From the NCBI RefSeq assembly GCF_009914755.1, contig NC_060925.1: 64,000 bases of DNA; one strand, written 5' to 3'. Below the pieces are notes generated by a model. The model was not told where the DNA came from. It was given only the letters and a program-made list of their open reading frames with translations, and did no database searches. Origin of the DNA: the human T2T-CHM13v2.0 reference genome, Homo sapiens. Position 1 is the first letter of the stretch. The number at the start of each line of letters is the position of its first letter. This document shows, piece after piece, positions 33,096 to 51,523 of the stretch. A program made the position numbers and the translations under genes.

Positions 33096-33779
33096 GGCCT
33101 CCCACACTCCTGATGGTGTGCTCAGGCACAAATCACGCCTCAAAGGGCCTCCTCTTCTCCCAGGCTTAGGCACACCCTGACCTGCTCCCCATGGCTTTCA
33201 TGGGAGCCTTTTCCCTAATTCTATGCATGCTTAAATGGCAGCTCCTCAGCCAACTCTAGTTCAGGAGGCTGCTGGGGCTCCAGGACTCCCTAAACTGTCA
33301 GCAAAGTCCTGACACTTTCCTTCCCCAAAACTGAAAAGCCCTTGATCTGTTTAACCCTCTCTTTTTGCAGAAGAGGAAACTGAGGTTCACAATCGGGCAG
33401 TGAAAAGCCAAAAGTAAAACCTAGGCTTTCTACAACTCTGCCTGCTCCTACAAAAGGTGAGACAACCCTTCTGTGTGTCCTTGTCCAGCTCAGCATGGGG
33501 TTCAGGGCTCAGAGCCCAGGCTGGGCCCTGCTCCTCCCTGACCCCTGGGGATCCTAAGGAACATGCTGGCCCAGCTCCCCTTCCCACACTGCCAGTTTGG
33601 GCTATTTCCCCCCCAGTGACTCACACTGGCTGCCGGAGAGAGTGGGCAGCTGTTCTGAGCCCCCAGAGCCCAGTACAGGCCCTGACTTGCCCCCCAAGTT
33701 CTGCAGCCATATTTGGGAATTTAATGTTTTTCCTCCTTGGGGACTCTCCTTCCCTTAATCCCTTCCTTTTTTCCCTGTC

Positions 33780-34817
<1,038 letters not shown>

Positions 34818-35859
34818 TTCTCTCACCCTTTTCATCCTCAAGCAGCTATGAAAACCTGTCCTTTCAGGACGTACCTAAAATCCCATAGCTTCTCTCCACT
34901 TCCGCCACCAACACTTGAGCCAAGGGCCCATCACCTTTCACCTCCTGCAGCAGCCTCCTGACCTGTCTCCCTGCTGCCACTCTCAATCCCCTGTGTGGTC
35001 TGTTCCTATAGGGCAGCTGGGTGTGTCTTTCCAACATAGGAATATGTCTCCCTGCACCATGTCTTTAGCATCAAGTTCACCCAACCCATGCCCCTGCCAA
35101 CCCCAGTATTGGGGCATTCCTCAGTCTTTGCCTGGGTAACAGCTTCTCATCCTTCAGTTCAAGCGTCCGTTCCTCATGAGAGCCATTTCCAAACTCCCAG
35201 CCAGGCAGGTGGCTCTGCTATTTCTTCTCCTCACAGCACCAAGGCCTCTCCTCTGTGGACATCGCAAGCAGTCATTCACAAACTAGTCTAATCTGCAGAT
35301 TCCTGAGCCCTCCTGTTCTAGATCCTGGGGATGTCAGGAGGAGGACAGTCCAGCCCCTGGCCCCTGTCATGTAATGGGGAAGACAGGCATTAAGCTGAGA
35401 TCAGGAATAGATACGGACACTGAAGGCAACACAGTGGCCATGCAGGCCCTAAGGATGGTGGTCAGGGGGACTGTCTTTGAGGGTGATCTGTGGGGTCAGG
35501 GGAAGCTATTCCAGGCAGAAGGGATGGTGTACTTAAGGTAGGAGGAATGTTTTGTGATGATTTGAAAGGTGTCCAGTGTGGCTGCACAAGTGATGTGAAG
35601 AAGCCATTGATGAGGTTTAAATAGGAGACTGACCCAGCTGCGTTTGTGGTCTTTATAAAATAATTCTGGATTGGAGGAATCAATTGAGGAAGGAAGGAGG
35701 GAAACCTGGCAGGGAGCTGCCGGGATAATTGGGTGAGTAGTAAGGGGGGCCTGACTCAGGGCAGTGGCAGTGGATTTGGGGCAGACTGAACTGTGGTTGC
35801 CTGTACTGGAGTCAGGGAAGAGGGAGGGAATGAGAATGATTCTGGTCTTCCTACCCTAA

Positions 35860-36997
<1,138 letters not shown>

Positions 36998-37589
36998 CAC
37001 CCATCCTTTTTCTTAGAAGAGCAGATGGAGGCCCCTAAGAGGTAGAAGGCTGCTAATAAGGCCTAGGACAAGGCAGAGGGGAGGAGAAGGGAAAGTTGGG
37101 TCCGAGTCCGGATGTGATGAGGTTTCAGGGAAAGTGGCATCTGGGGTTTCCTCAGAGCCTGGAAATTCCACTGTTTCCGGGACCACTCTGAGATCCCCAA
37201 ATCCTGAGATGCTCAAACCCTGAGGCCCAGTCCTTGTAAGTCCTGGGGGCCCTCTAGGGGGTGTGAGTCTGTATCTGGAGGTCCACAATCCCCTGACAAG
37301 TTTCAAGGTGGTGAGTAGGATTCTTGACCGTCCCTAATGCCAATGTACAGTTCGGGTGAGGCACACCCCACGCCTGTTACCTGCATGATCCCATGTCATC
37401 CTCATGTAATCCTTGGAGGCACATAGCTTATTTATTCCCATGGCACCTATGAGACTTCAAAGGGTTAAAGAACTTGCTCAAATTCACACGGCTAGGATGA
37501 GGCAGAGTGAGGATTTGAACCAAGGTTTGACTGACATCAGAGTCTGTGCTTTTAACTCCTGTGCTATATTAAGTCTGGCGACCCCCCTG

Positions 37590-37860
37590 GTTGATTGGCT
37601 CAGTAAGAGGAGGAGGATTTGTGGGGGATTTGCTTGTGGTTGGGGTGGCTGTCCCCCTCTCATATCAAGCGATGGGAAAGGGTAGCGCTGACGTCGATTA
37701 TTGCCATGGTGATACAGCAACCCTTTCCCTGCTGTCTCCATGGTAACCTGGGGGGTCCATCTGTACTTCGCCCCCTCCTTCTAAAAGGGGGTCCCTTAGG
37801 GAGGGGCTGGCTAATAAGGTGTCTGGGAAATAAGTCAGGGAAGGCAGTGATTGGAGCATC
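37590..37860. promoter_or_regulatory. RFX X-box / CRE / CCAAT motif cluster
   Basis: ATTGG 37594 and 37850, TGACGTCG 37689, ATTGCCATGGTGAT 37700, GTCTCCATGGTAAC 37734. Confidence 0.6.
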
Positions 37861-38901
37861 CCCCTTTGCCTGGCCCCTCCCCATTCCTCAGGCCCAGAGA
37901 GTAAGGCTGGGATCTGCATTGGGTCCTGCACTGGGGTCCGGGGACAGATGTAACCTTTAGGGTGAGGGAGGCAGCTCTGTCTTTTCCACCTGGGGATTCC
38001 CTTGGAAATTCCCCTGCCCCCAATCCCCCCACCAAGTTCTTAGGCTCCTGAACAGAACTGCTAGGAAGTTGGCAGAGAGAGGCAAGAGGGTTTCCTCAGC
38101 CCTCTTCAGGGCTGGACATCACCCAACCCCTGGGGACAGTGTCTTTGGCTGTCTGGCTGTCTGCTGTCCCTTGAAGCCAAAGGTAGGAGCAGCAGCCGTA
38201 GCAGTCTCTCTTGCTTATCAAGTGGTAGCTTTGGCAGTGATTCCTGCATGGTGCTATACATACAGGTCCTTACTGAAACTTTCTACCAGGTGTCAATTAG
38301 CCCTACTTAACAGATTTGAAGATGGAGGCTCAGAGGGGCTAAGTAACTAGCTCAAGACTGCACAGTTAGAGAAACAGCAGAGTTAGGACTTGAACTCAGC
38401 ACTAGTTTCGGCCAGTGGCTCTTCCAGTGGAAAGGAGTAAGAAGAAACAGAACAGGATGGAAGAGAAGAGAAATAGGAGAATGAAGTGACCCAGGTAGGA
38501 GCCTGTCGTGCTCTGCCTGCCTGCAGAACAAAGTTCAAACTCCTTCACCTGGTACGCAAAGGTCTCCTTGATCCAGCTTCTCTTCTGTTAACCCATTCCT
38601 GGATCCCCTGCATTCTATGCTCTGAAAGGGAAAATGATGTCAGATTCAGGGCTGGGTTCTCAGTACCAGGCATGGCCCAGGAAGGTGTTGATGAAAATTG
38701 ATGAACTGAGTTTCTTGAAATTGTCCTTCACTTTCCTGCCTCCAGGCCTTTACCCACAATGCTTCCTCCCCAAAGGGAATGCCCTTTCTCTTGCTCATGG
38801 ACATTCTAGAGCTAACTAGCCCCATTGGCAAGGACTGCGTCTAGAATCTTTGTATCCCTCACAAATCAGGTACGTGGGATGTGGCAGTAACTGGTTTCTA
38901 A

Positions 38902-39496
<595 letters not shown>

Positions 39497-40098
39497 ATTT
39501 TTTTTTTTTTTTTAAGGAAAGGAGGGTTGAGAAGAGAGGAGAAGGAAGTGGGAGAGATGGAAAAAAAGGAAGAATGAGAAGGATTCACTATTTGGGGGCT
39601 GGCAGAGTCCAAAGAGACCAGCTGATGCCTTTTTTTTTTAAACCAGTGAGGAAATAGGCCCTTTTAGTAAGCCTCCTACATGGGGACTGCCTGGGAGAGC
39701 ATTTTATGTGGAAACTGAGAAGGGTATCCCTTTTGGGTGACGTGGAATTTTAAGGTGCTCTAGGGAAAGCTTGGACTTCTCTACCCTATGAGGATTAGAG
39801 GAGGGTGTTGAATCAATTGTCCTTAGATCTCAGGGGACAGGAGACTGAACCTGACCTTTAGGTTACACTCCCCCCGTAACAAAATTGGAAAGTAGAATAT
39901 ACGGGCTCATTAAAGCCAAATTGGAAAGTAGGAAATAGTTGTTTAGCTTAAATACTAGCACCTCCAGGCAGGCTTCCTGTCATGGGCCCCTCCGAGGGCA
40001 GATCTTAGGTCATGTGGTCTCAGGATGCTGAGGAGTGTGCTAGACTCTCATTGGGGGACCTTGGGTAAGTCTCAAAGGCTCAGTTCACTCATCTGTAA

Positions 40099-40427
<329 letters not shown>

Positions 40428-40615
40428 CAAGCCACCATTTTTCAAATGGCCTCTTCCCCAATCTTTTTATGATCACTTCAGTCCTGGGAGAAACCAAGGC
40501 TCAGGATGGACTGGGGCAGCTCCAAACCCTTCCAATAAGGAAGGTCCCAGGCACCTAGGGCCACAAAGAGCAAGTCGCAGAACTTTGTCGCAGAACTTCT
40601 CGCTCGAGAGGATTA

Positions 40616-40864
<249 letters not shown>

Positions 40865-41208
40865 CTATGTTACTTGTCGGTCCACCTCTTCCTCCTGTTC
40901 CCCGCTTCTGTGGGTTGCCAGGGTCCAGCACAGTGATGTGAATTTCACCGGAGAATCACCAGAGGGTTAGAGAGATGGACCAGGGCAGGGCCCAAGGGAA
41001 AGGCTGCCCAGGAGGGGTCAGGACCAGCAAGATACGAGAGGAGTGAAGTGGCGTAGGTTGAAAGGCGGAAGGGCGGGCCCCTAAGGCTGGGTCCAAACGA
41101 GGAGGCTGCGGAAGGGAAAGTGTTATTGGACTGGGCAGAGCAGCTGGTGGGCCCGACGGATAGACATACACTGCCAGCCCGGAGTGGAAAGAACAGTTTG
41201 TGCTGTGC

Positions 41209-41237
41209 TTTATTAAAATGTGCATCATTCTTTTATT
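41209..41237 (-). terminator. FAM229A: FAM229A tandem poly(A) signals
   Basis: TTTATT at 41209-41214 and 41232-41237. Confidence 0.8.
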
Positions 41238-41347
41238 TTAAAATGTGCATCATTGTCTCGTGCTCGGCGCATGCGACCTCAGCGTGGTGGCCCGCTGGGG
41301 GCCTCGTTCCCGCCCAGCTCCCGCGGAGCCGCAGGGAGCAGGCGCAC

Positions 41348-41450
41348 TCACGTGGCGCGGGCCCGGGGGCTCCCGCCCATGGCGAGGTAGACGTCGATGG
41401 GCACGTGCAGCAGCGTCAGGCAGTGGCATCCAGGGCAGCGACGAAGCGGC
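41348..41450 (-). CDS. FAM229A: FAM229A exon 3
   Basis: cag|G; PLRRCPGCHCLTLLHVPIDVYLAMGGSPRARAT-stop (FAM229 family motif). Confidence 0.93.
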
Positions 41451-41644
41451 CTGGGGAAATTGACGCGCGACAGGGGCCGCTGAGGCAGGGGCTTGGCCCA
41501 TCCTGTGGGGCGCACCCAGGGAGTGCACCTGGGGTCCCCGGGGGTCCGGACGTGGATGCGGGGTCCTGACTGCTGGGGGCGCCAAGTGGGACGGAGGGCG
41601 GGGCCGCGGGACGGGCGGAGGCGGGGGTGGGGCGCGGGCCTTAC

Positions 41645-41791
41645 CTGACCGGGTTGTGCTCCGTCGCTACCGCCTCCGGGCTGTCCTGGGACTCGGGGGC
41701 GGCGGCAAGGCCACGGGAGTCTCCGGCCTCAATGGGGAATCTCCGACCCTGCGGGGGCTCCTGGGCGCTCATGTCCAAGCCCCGGGGCGCT
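41645..41791 (-). CDS. FAM229A: FAM229A exon 2
   Basis: cag|...|gtaag, 147 nt; QEPPQGRRFPIEAGDS. Confidence 0.93.
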
Positions 41792-41872
41792 CTGCGCGGG
41801 GAGTGGCGGTCAGGCCTCTCCCGGGTCGCCGGGCGCCGCCGCCTCGCGCCCGCCCCCTGGGCCGTCGCTCAC

Positions 41873-42006
41873 CTCCCGGCGGTTGAGACCGGTCCCAGGC
41901 TAGAAGCAGCTGCCGGAGCCCTGGCCGCGGGAGAACGCTCCGGTCCAGGCGGAGCCGGGCAGGTCTCTGTGGCGTGCCCGGGCCCGGGCGTCGAGGAGGG
42001 CAGCAT
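41873..42006 (-). CDS. FAM229A: FAM229A exon 1 coding part
   Basis: ATG at 42006; MLPSSTPGPGHATETCP...|gtgag; total 384 nt gives 127 aa. Confidence 0.9.
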
Positions 42007-42586
42007 TGTGACCCGGGCCGCGGCGCGCTGACCTCACAGAGCACGTTCCTCCCACTGGAGAACCCCCAACGGTGCCCCCTGCCGCCCCTGGCACTCAGCG
42101 CGGGCCAGAATCGGGGACTGGAGGCCTCTGGCCATGGCGCCTGGAGACGGGGTCGCGCAGACCCCGGACACCCGAGGGGGGCGCAGCAGGCCAGGGCAAC
42201 CCGCCGCGAGGCGGCGTCCACGCCGAGGAGCCGCGCATTCCCGGTCCACACAGACGCGGCGGAGCGCCCTCCCAGGCGGGACTACAACTCAATGCCTGGC
42301 ACGGGGGCGGGCTCGGCGGTGACTTAATCCGGGCTGAGTTTGGTGGTGGTAGTGAGGGCAGGTAGGGGCACTGCCCATTTTGGCCAAGGGTCACACAGCA
42401 TCTACATCACAATTGCACCGGAGTTTAAAAATGTCTGGCCCTGTCCCTCCCCACCACCCGCCGCTGTGTCCAGACAGAGAATGTTCTAACGCTGGGGGCG
42501 GCTGCGGATGAAGTCCTTGGGGAGAAAAGGAGCAGGCCAAGGGCGATGGTGGAGTAGAGCTGCCTCTCAGAGGCAGCATGAGCTGA

Positions 42587-42802
<216 letters not shown>

Positions 42803-43509
42803 TGAGGTGGGTGGGTGCTTCCTCCTGTTTGTTAGAACGATCATTCGATCATTCCCTGCTCCCGCTGGCCTGGAACCAAGCAAGCCCGATGGCAGCTCTG
42901 GAGTGGGTCAGTGGGGAACAGAGGGGTTCTGGGAGTCCAGGAACATTACACCCCCCCAGAATGCAAGATGAAAGTGGCATGAGGTGAAGGATCCTCAGAG
43001 GCAAAACCTGAGCCAGGCTTTCCTTTCCGGCAGGGGAACAGAGACTGGCAGAGGCCACAACCAGGGCTGGTAGAGAACAGGGGCTGGTGCCAAGGCCCGT
43101 GGAGATGGGAAAAAGGAAGACAGGGCTCATGGAAAGAATTGTGGGGTCAGGGGACAGTGGCGGGAGGAGCTGGCTCACCACCCTGTGGACAAATCAGGCC
43201 TTATAATTTGTGATTCTGTGGCTTTGTCTAAAAGTCCCTAAAGCACCTTGATATCCAGTCTCACAGACTGCTCACAACAGTCCACAAGGCTGGTGGGGAG
43301 TGCTTCTTTTGAATGATATACTAACGACAAAAATAATAGAAGTGAACATTCTTTGCAATGTCCAAGCAGCTAGACACACTTAAGACCATTAAGAAAGCCA
43401 AGAAATAAGACCCAGACAAGGTGGGCAGAAGTTGGAAGGCAGGAGACAGGTGTGAGGAGGTGGGCCTTTCTGATCTGCCAGCCCATCTCTCCTCCCCTTA
43501 CTTCCTCAG

Positions 43510-44171
43510 AGTTTATCCAGAGATTCCTCCCTCGGGAGCTCCAAATCGTCCGTACCCTGGACCACAAGAACATCATCCAGGTGTATGAGATGCTGGAGTC
43601 TGCCGACGGGAAAATCTGCCTGGTGATGGAGCTCGCTGAGGGAGGGGATGTCTTTGACTGCGTGCTGAATGGGGGGCCACTGCCTGAAAGCCGGGCCAAG
43701 GCCCTCTTCCGTCAGATGGTTGAGGCCATCCGCTACTGCCATGGCTGTGGTGTGGCCCACCGGGACCTCAAATGTGAGAACGCCTTGTTGCAGGGCTTCA
43801 ACCTGAAGCTGACTGACTTTGGCTTTGCCAAGGTGTTGCCCAAGTCACACCGGGAGCTGAGCCAGACCTTCTGCGGCAGTACAGCCTATGCTGCCCCCGA
43901 GGTGCTGCAGGGCATTCCCCACGATAGCAAAAAAGGTGATGTCTGGAGCATGGGTGTGGTCCTGTATGTCATGCTCTGTGCCAGCCTACCTTTTGACGAC
44001 ACAGACATCCCCAAGATGCTGTGGCAGCAGCAGAAGGGGGTGTCCTTCCCCACTCATCTGAGCATCTCGGCCGATTGCCAGGACCTGCTCAAGAGGCTCC
44101 TGGAACCCGATATGATCCTCCGGCCTTCAATTGAAGAAGTTAGTTGGCATCCATGGCTAGCAAGCACTTGA
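43510..44171 (+). CDS. TSSK3: TSSK3 exon 2
   Basis: cag|AG; HRDLKCEN, DFG, TFCGS, APE; 145+662 nt gives 268 aa. Confidence 0.98.
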
Positions 44172-44195
44172 TAAAAGCAATGGCAAGTGCTCTCC

Positions 44196-44201
44196 AATAA
44201 A
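44196..44201 (+). terminator. TSSK3: TSSK3 poly(A) signal
   Basis: AATAAA 25 nt after the stop. Confidence 0.85.
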
Positions 44202-44365
44202 GTAGGGGGAGAAAGCAAACCCAAAAACCCGCTTCTAAAATGGTGATATATATTTTACGCTTTAAGTTTACTTATCCTAAAACTTACCTACATCTACCCC
44301 AGCCTTACTACTACTCTTTCCTTTTAGAGATCTTCATGGAATCAAAGGGCCTCATTCAGACTTCC

Positions 44366-44650
44366 TTTTTTTTTTTTAAGAGTCTTGCTCTGTCGCCCAG
44401 GCTGGAATGCAGTGGCACGATTCCAGTTCACTGCAACTCTGCTTCCCAGGTTCAAGCGATTCTCCTGCCTCAGCCTCCCCAGTAGCTGGGATTACAGGCA
44501 CCTCCCACCACGCCTGGCTATTTCTGTATTTTTAGTAGAGATGGGGTTTCACCATGTTGGCCAGGCTGGTCTGGAACTCCTGACCTTAGTGATCCACCCA
44601 CCTTGGCCTCCCAAAATGTTGGGATTACAGGCATGAGCCACTGCGCCTGG
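44366..44650 (-). mobile_element. AluS between TSSK3 and BSDC1 3' ends
   Basis: Alu consensus. Confidence 0.92.
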
Positions 44651-45038
44651 CATGACAAGTGATTTTCATACTAAAGTTAATTAAAATAGACCCAAGAATC
44701 ATATACAAACAGGGGGAAGAGAGGATAAAAATGACCAAGAGCAACTGAAGCCATTCTTGTTGCAACTTCCTTTCCAAAGGAAAGCAGAGGCACTGGGAGT
44801 GCAGAGATGGCCTCCCGACTCCTTGTCCCAGTGAGAGGCCTGTTGCGAGCCCTGACCCTTTCTCATCCCAAAGGCAAAGCTGAATCTGGGATGAGGACAA
44901 GGTACGTCCTCTGGACCTAGGCTATCCCCCTACCCTGTCTCTGGCTCCAAGTGGGAAGCCAGTCCTGCCCTGGCCCAGTGCAGCTGCCAAGGGGACAAAA
45001 ACAGACCCCCAGACACCTTTCAGCTTCGGGTGAATCAC

Positions 45039-45044
45039 TTTAAT
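45039..45044 (-). terminator. BSDC1: BSDC1 poly(A) signal (ATTAAA)
   Basis: TTTAAT on +, at the end of an about 1.5 kb 3'UTR after an AT-rich block. Confidence 0.6.
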
Positions 45045-46536
45045 GCTGTTAACGGCAAGTCTGTAAAAGGTTCAGGACAAAGTTCTTTTTTCTTTCTTTT
45101 TTAATTATAAAACTAACAGCTGTTAGAATCTTTTTTTCTTTTTTTCCTTTTTTCTTTTCCCAGCTACAAAATACTCTGGGGAGATGCATTATAATTTAAA
45201 ATATATAATATTGCACAAACAACCAAAAGGTTAATTAAACTAAAGAAATAATTACAAAGAGAAAAACCCCATCCCGTCAAAAAAAAGATTCAGCATTCTC
45301 TCCATCCCACCCCCTCACTGAAGGTTTGAAGTGGAAGTGACCTCACTCTCTCGGTGTCCCTGACCCACGATCCCTTTCACTCATTGGTGAGCACACCAGA
45401 TTAGGTACAAGAATCACCAGAGCAGCATCGTGAAGCACCAGGCTCTCCAGAGATTCCTGCAGCCCCTCATTCCCCCAGAGGTGCAGCTTTACCAGAGTGG
45501 AGGGTGAGAGCACAAAGGCTGGGTCTGTCTTCAGGAAGAAGAGCTTTTGCAGAAGCCTGATGAGAGTTTCAAGTTCACCCCCAGGATAGCCCTTCCAGAA
45601 GCAGAAGGGCTGAGGCGGAGAAGCTAGGCTTACCAGAGTTGTAAGTACTCGGCTTTGATCACCGCTCTGTACCGCTGGTAGCTGTTTTGTGTCCTAAACT
45701 ACAGGGGAGTTGAGGTGGGTAGCTGGTTGGACAAGGTATCCTGCCAGGCAACACACAGAAGGGCCTGAAGTAGCCCCCTCCCTTCTTGGGGAGGGGAAGA
45801 AACGCAAGAGCGAACTCCTGCAGGTGGCACAGCTGGGCTAAGGACTTGGGTGCATCTGACATGAAGAAGCCCTGGGAAGGCATGGGGACAGACCAGCGTG
45901 GGCTGGAGGAAAGGAAGGAGGTGGGTCAGGGTTTGGTCTCTGGATTCTGAACCCCAAAGGAGCCTTTCCAGGAATGGAAAATGCCTGGGAGGGGGAGAGT
46001 CCCAAGAGAGGCAAATTTCCCAGAGATAAGTGCCTCTTACCCACTGGGATAGGAACCAAAATGTGTTCACTGTCCCTGTTTAGCCAAGGGTAGGTGGCAT
46101 GGCCCTCCCTGCCTGCTTATGTATGGACAGAGTATGTTGTCTCAGCTTCCTCCGAGAGAGACTGGTGGTTTAGCTTCTGTCTACACAGGCAGAAGGGCTA
46201 GAACTATCCCTTGGGACTTCCCAGCAGGAGTCCTCAGGAACAGTGGGTGTTCAGCAGAAAAACACAGGCTCTTCTGGTGAGGAGGATAGGTTTCCTCTCC
46301 CTTGGGTCATCCTATTGTTGGCACAAGTCAGAGTTTCTGGCCGGGATTTAGAGAGCCCCTTCCCAGGTGTGAGCAGAGGCCCAAGAGGGCCAGCAGGGAG
46401 CCACCAGAATCTGTGCCCAGAGCTCTGGTTGGCAGAGGAGATTTGGGGGAACATTCTCAGTCTTCCAGGGCTGGGCTGAGACGAGCGAGGGAGGCGAGAG
46501 ATGCCATGGGTGGGGGAGCTGCTCCCTCTGGCTCCC

Positions 46537-46569
46537 TCACTCCCAGTCCTCCCACTCTACATCTTCCAG
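46537..46569 (-). CDS. BSDC1: BSDC1 last coding exon (LEDVEWEDWE-stop)
   Basis: tgcag| acceptor; TGA at 46539-46537. Confidence 0.93.
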   Translation of the reverse strand: MEDVEWEDWE

Positions 46570-47928
46570 CTGCAAATGGGAGGGGGTAATGGAAATCACA
46601 AACACATAGTTACTCCTGAGTCAGGCCCAGACCTAACCTCCACTTGCTGAGCAGAGCCACCTCCCATCCCCTACCCCAGGCCATACTCTGAGGTCCCACT
46701 GAGAGTGAACCCCTAGTCTTAAGGAATGTGTCTGAGGGGCAGAGCTGCCCTCTGCCTGAGGGGTGGGCCTGATGCTCTGATTACCTCAGACCTAAAGGAA
46801 ACACTTCCCCCAACCAACACCAGACACCACAAGGTGATGGCTGCCTACAGGAACCAAGTCAGCCTCAGTCCTTTAAGGAGAACTTGCCTCCTGCTGAGCA
46901 GATAATGCCATGGCTCTGAGAAGCAGAGAACTCAGGAGGCCTGAGCAGATACTTGGCCCTGGACACAAAAGACCAGTGTAATCAAGGGCAAGTTACTTAG
47001 TCTTTGGGTGAATGGAGGCCACTGCCTGAGTGGCACTGTGGCCAAAAGCAGAGGTGGCAGTGGCCTACAGATGCCCACTAGGTCTTCACTAGGGGCACCA
47101 ACACCCTAATTCCCAGCTCAAGTCTCCCCACGGAACGTTTTCTTGCTTTGTTCCTACTCTTGGCCTGCTGTCGGCTAAGCCCTGGTATAGCAGGTTCTAG
47201 AATGCTCACGTGTACTGCACGTCAGGTTTTAAAGGGGGCTGCAAAGACACAAAAAGCCAGCAAGCCCCTGTGGCCTGACAGGGCACTATGGGCTTTCTCT
47301 GTCCTGGGTATAGTGAGGTAGTCACAAGTGCAAAATACTCCTGAGTAGGTAAAATACTCCCCCAAGGCTTCAGTTTCCCATCATGAAAAAGGAGGCCCTT
47401 CACATGTCTCTCTAATCTGTCCACCTCTTTCTAACAGGCTCATAAGTTACATGATGGAAGGACTCATGTGGTTCTTATGTGACAGTGGAACTAACGCTGA
47501 CATGAATCAGATGTCTGGGTTGCAGCCTCAGTCCTGTCACTTATTAGCTGGGAGAGCTTTGGACTGTTCCAGCCTCTCAATCTAAATGAGCCACTTTTGA
47601 TTCTGAGAGGTAGTGAAGAATAACAGTACTAAGGCCTCCTTGAGCTTAATAACTGGAATGGGTTTTGTGGGGTTTATCACTAATGTCTCCTGAGTGCTGG
47701 TCACCATGTCTCAGGCAATAGCCCTAAGGTGTCTACATGGATCACCTCATTACAGCTTATAGCCAGGTCTTATAATGATCAATTCCATGTTTTAGATGAG
47801 GAACCAGGGGCTCAGGTTAAGTAACTTGCCCTTGCCCTTGATCACACTGGTCTTTTGTCTCCAAGGCCAAGTATATACTCAGGCCTCATACCTGAGGACC
47901 ACAACTCAGAAGGTCAGGCAGGGTTTGA

Positions 47929-50191
<2,263 letters not shown>

Positions 50192-50392
50192 TCTGGATTG
50201 TTCTTTTTCCCATTGTAGTGATCACTTTCTAACATATTACATAATCAGACTTAATATGTTTATTGTATATTAATAGAGGAGTTAGAATATAAGCCCTGTG
50301 AGTGCCAGGATCTTTTGTTTTGTTCTCTTATGTATTTCAAGTTTTTAGAACACATAGTTGGCACTCAATAGTCACAGACCCTTTCTGTAAAC

Positions 50393-50894
<502 letters not shown>

Positions 50895-51217
50895 CTCTAG
50901 ATGATTCTGATGCCTGTCTGTACTATTTGATGATCATTGCTCTAAACATTCATATTTGGCTATGACTTCTTACAGGTAATATTAAAAAGATATATATAAA
51001 AGTTATTACTAAGAAGTAAACTACACAAATAGTTCCTTTCAATAAAGCATGTACAGTAAGATTCCAGCTTTAAAATGTGCCCATAGATGCATGCACACAT
51101 GCAGAAGAGATGAGCAAGATATCCAAATACACTAGCAAAGTTATCTCTAGGTGATGAGTTCATGAGGTGATTTTCCTTAATTTTTTTCCTAAAATGAACA
51201 CATACGACTTTGTAATC

Positions 51218-51523
51218 TTTTTTTTTTTTTTTTTTTTTTTATTTGAGATGGAGTCTCACTCTCGCCCAGGCTGGAGTGCAGTGGCACAATCTCGGCTCAC
51301 TGCAAGCTCTGCCTCCTGGGTTCACACCATTCTCCTGCCTCAGCCTCCTGAGTAGCTGGGACTACAGGCGCCCGCCACCACGCCCGGCTAATTTTTTATA
51401 TTTTTAGTAGAGATGGGGTTTCACCGTGTTAGCCAGGATGGTCTCGATCTCCTGACCTCGTGATCTGCCCGCCTCGGCTTCCCAAAGTGCTGAGATTACA
51501 AGCGTGAGCCACCGCACCCAGCC
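51218..51523 (-). mobile_element. AluY-like
   Basis: AluY diagnostics. Confidence 0.92.

Larger units (their letters stand above)
41260..42330. promoter_or_regulatory. CpG island over FAM229A and the FAM229A/TSSK3 divergent promoter
   Basis: CpG-dense; start codons 42006(-) and 42617(+) diverge. Confidence 0.85.
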
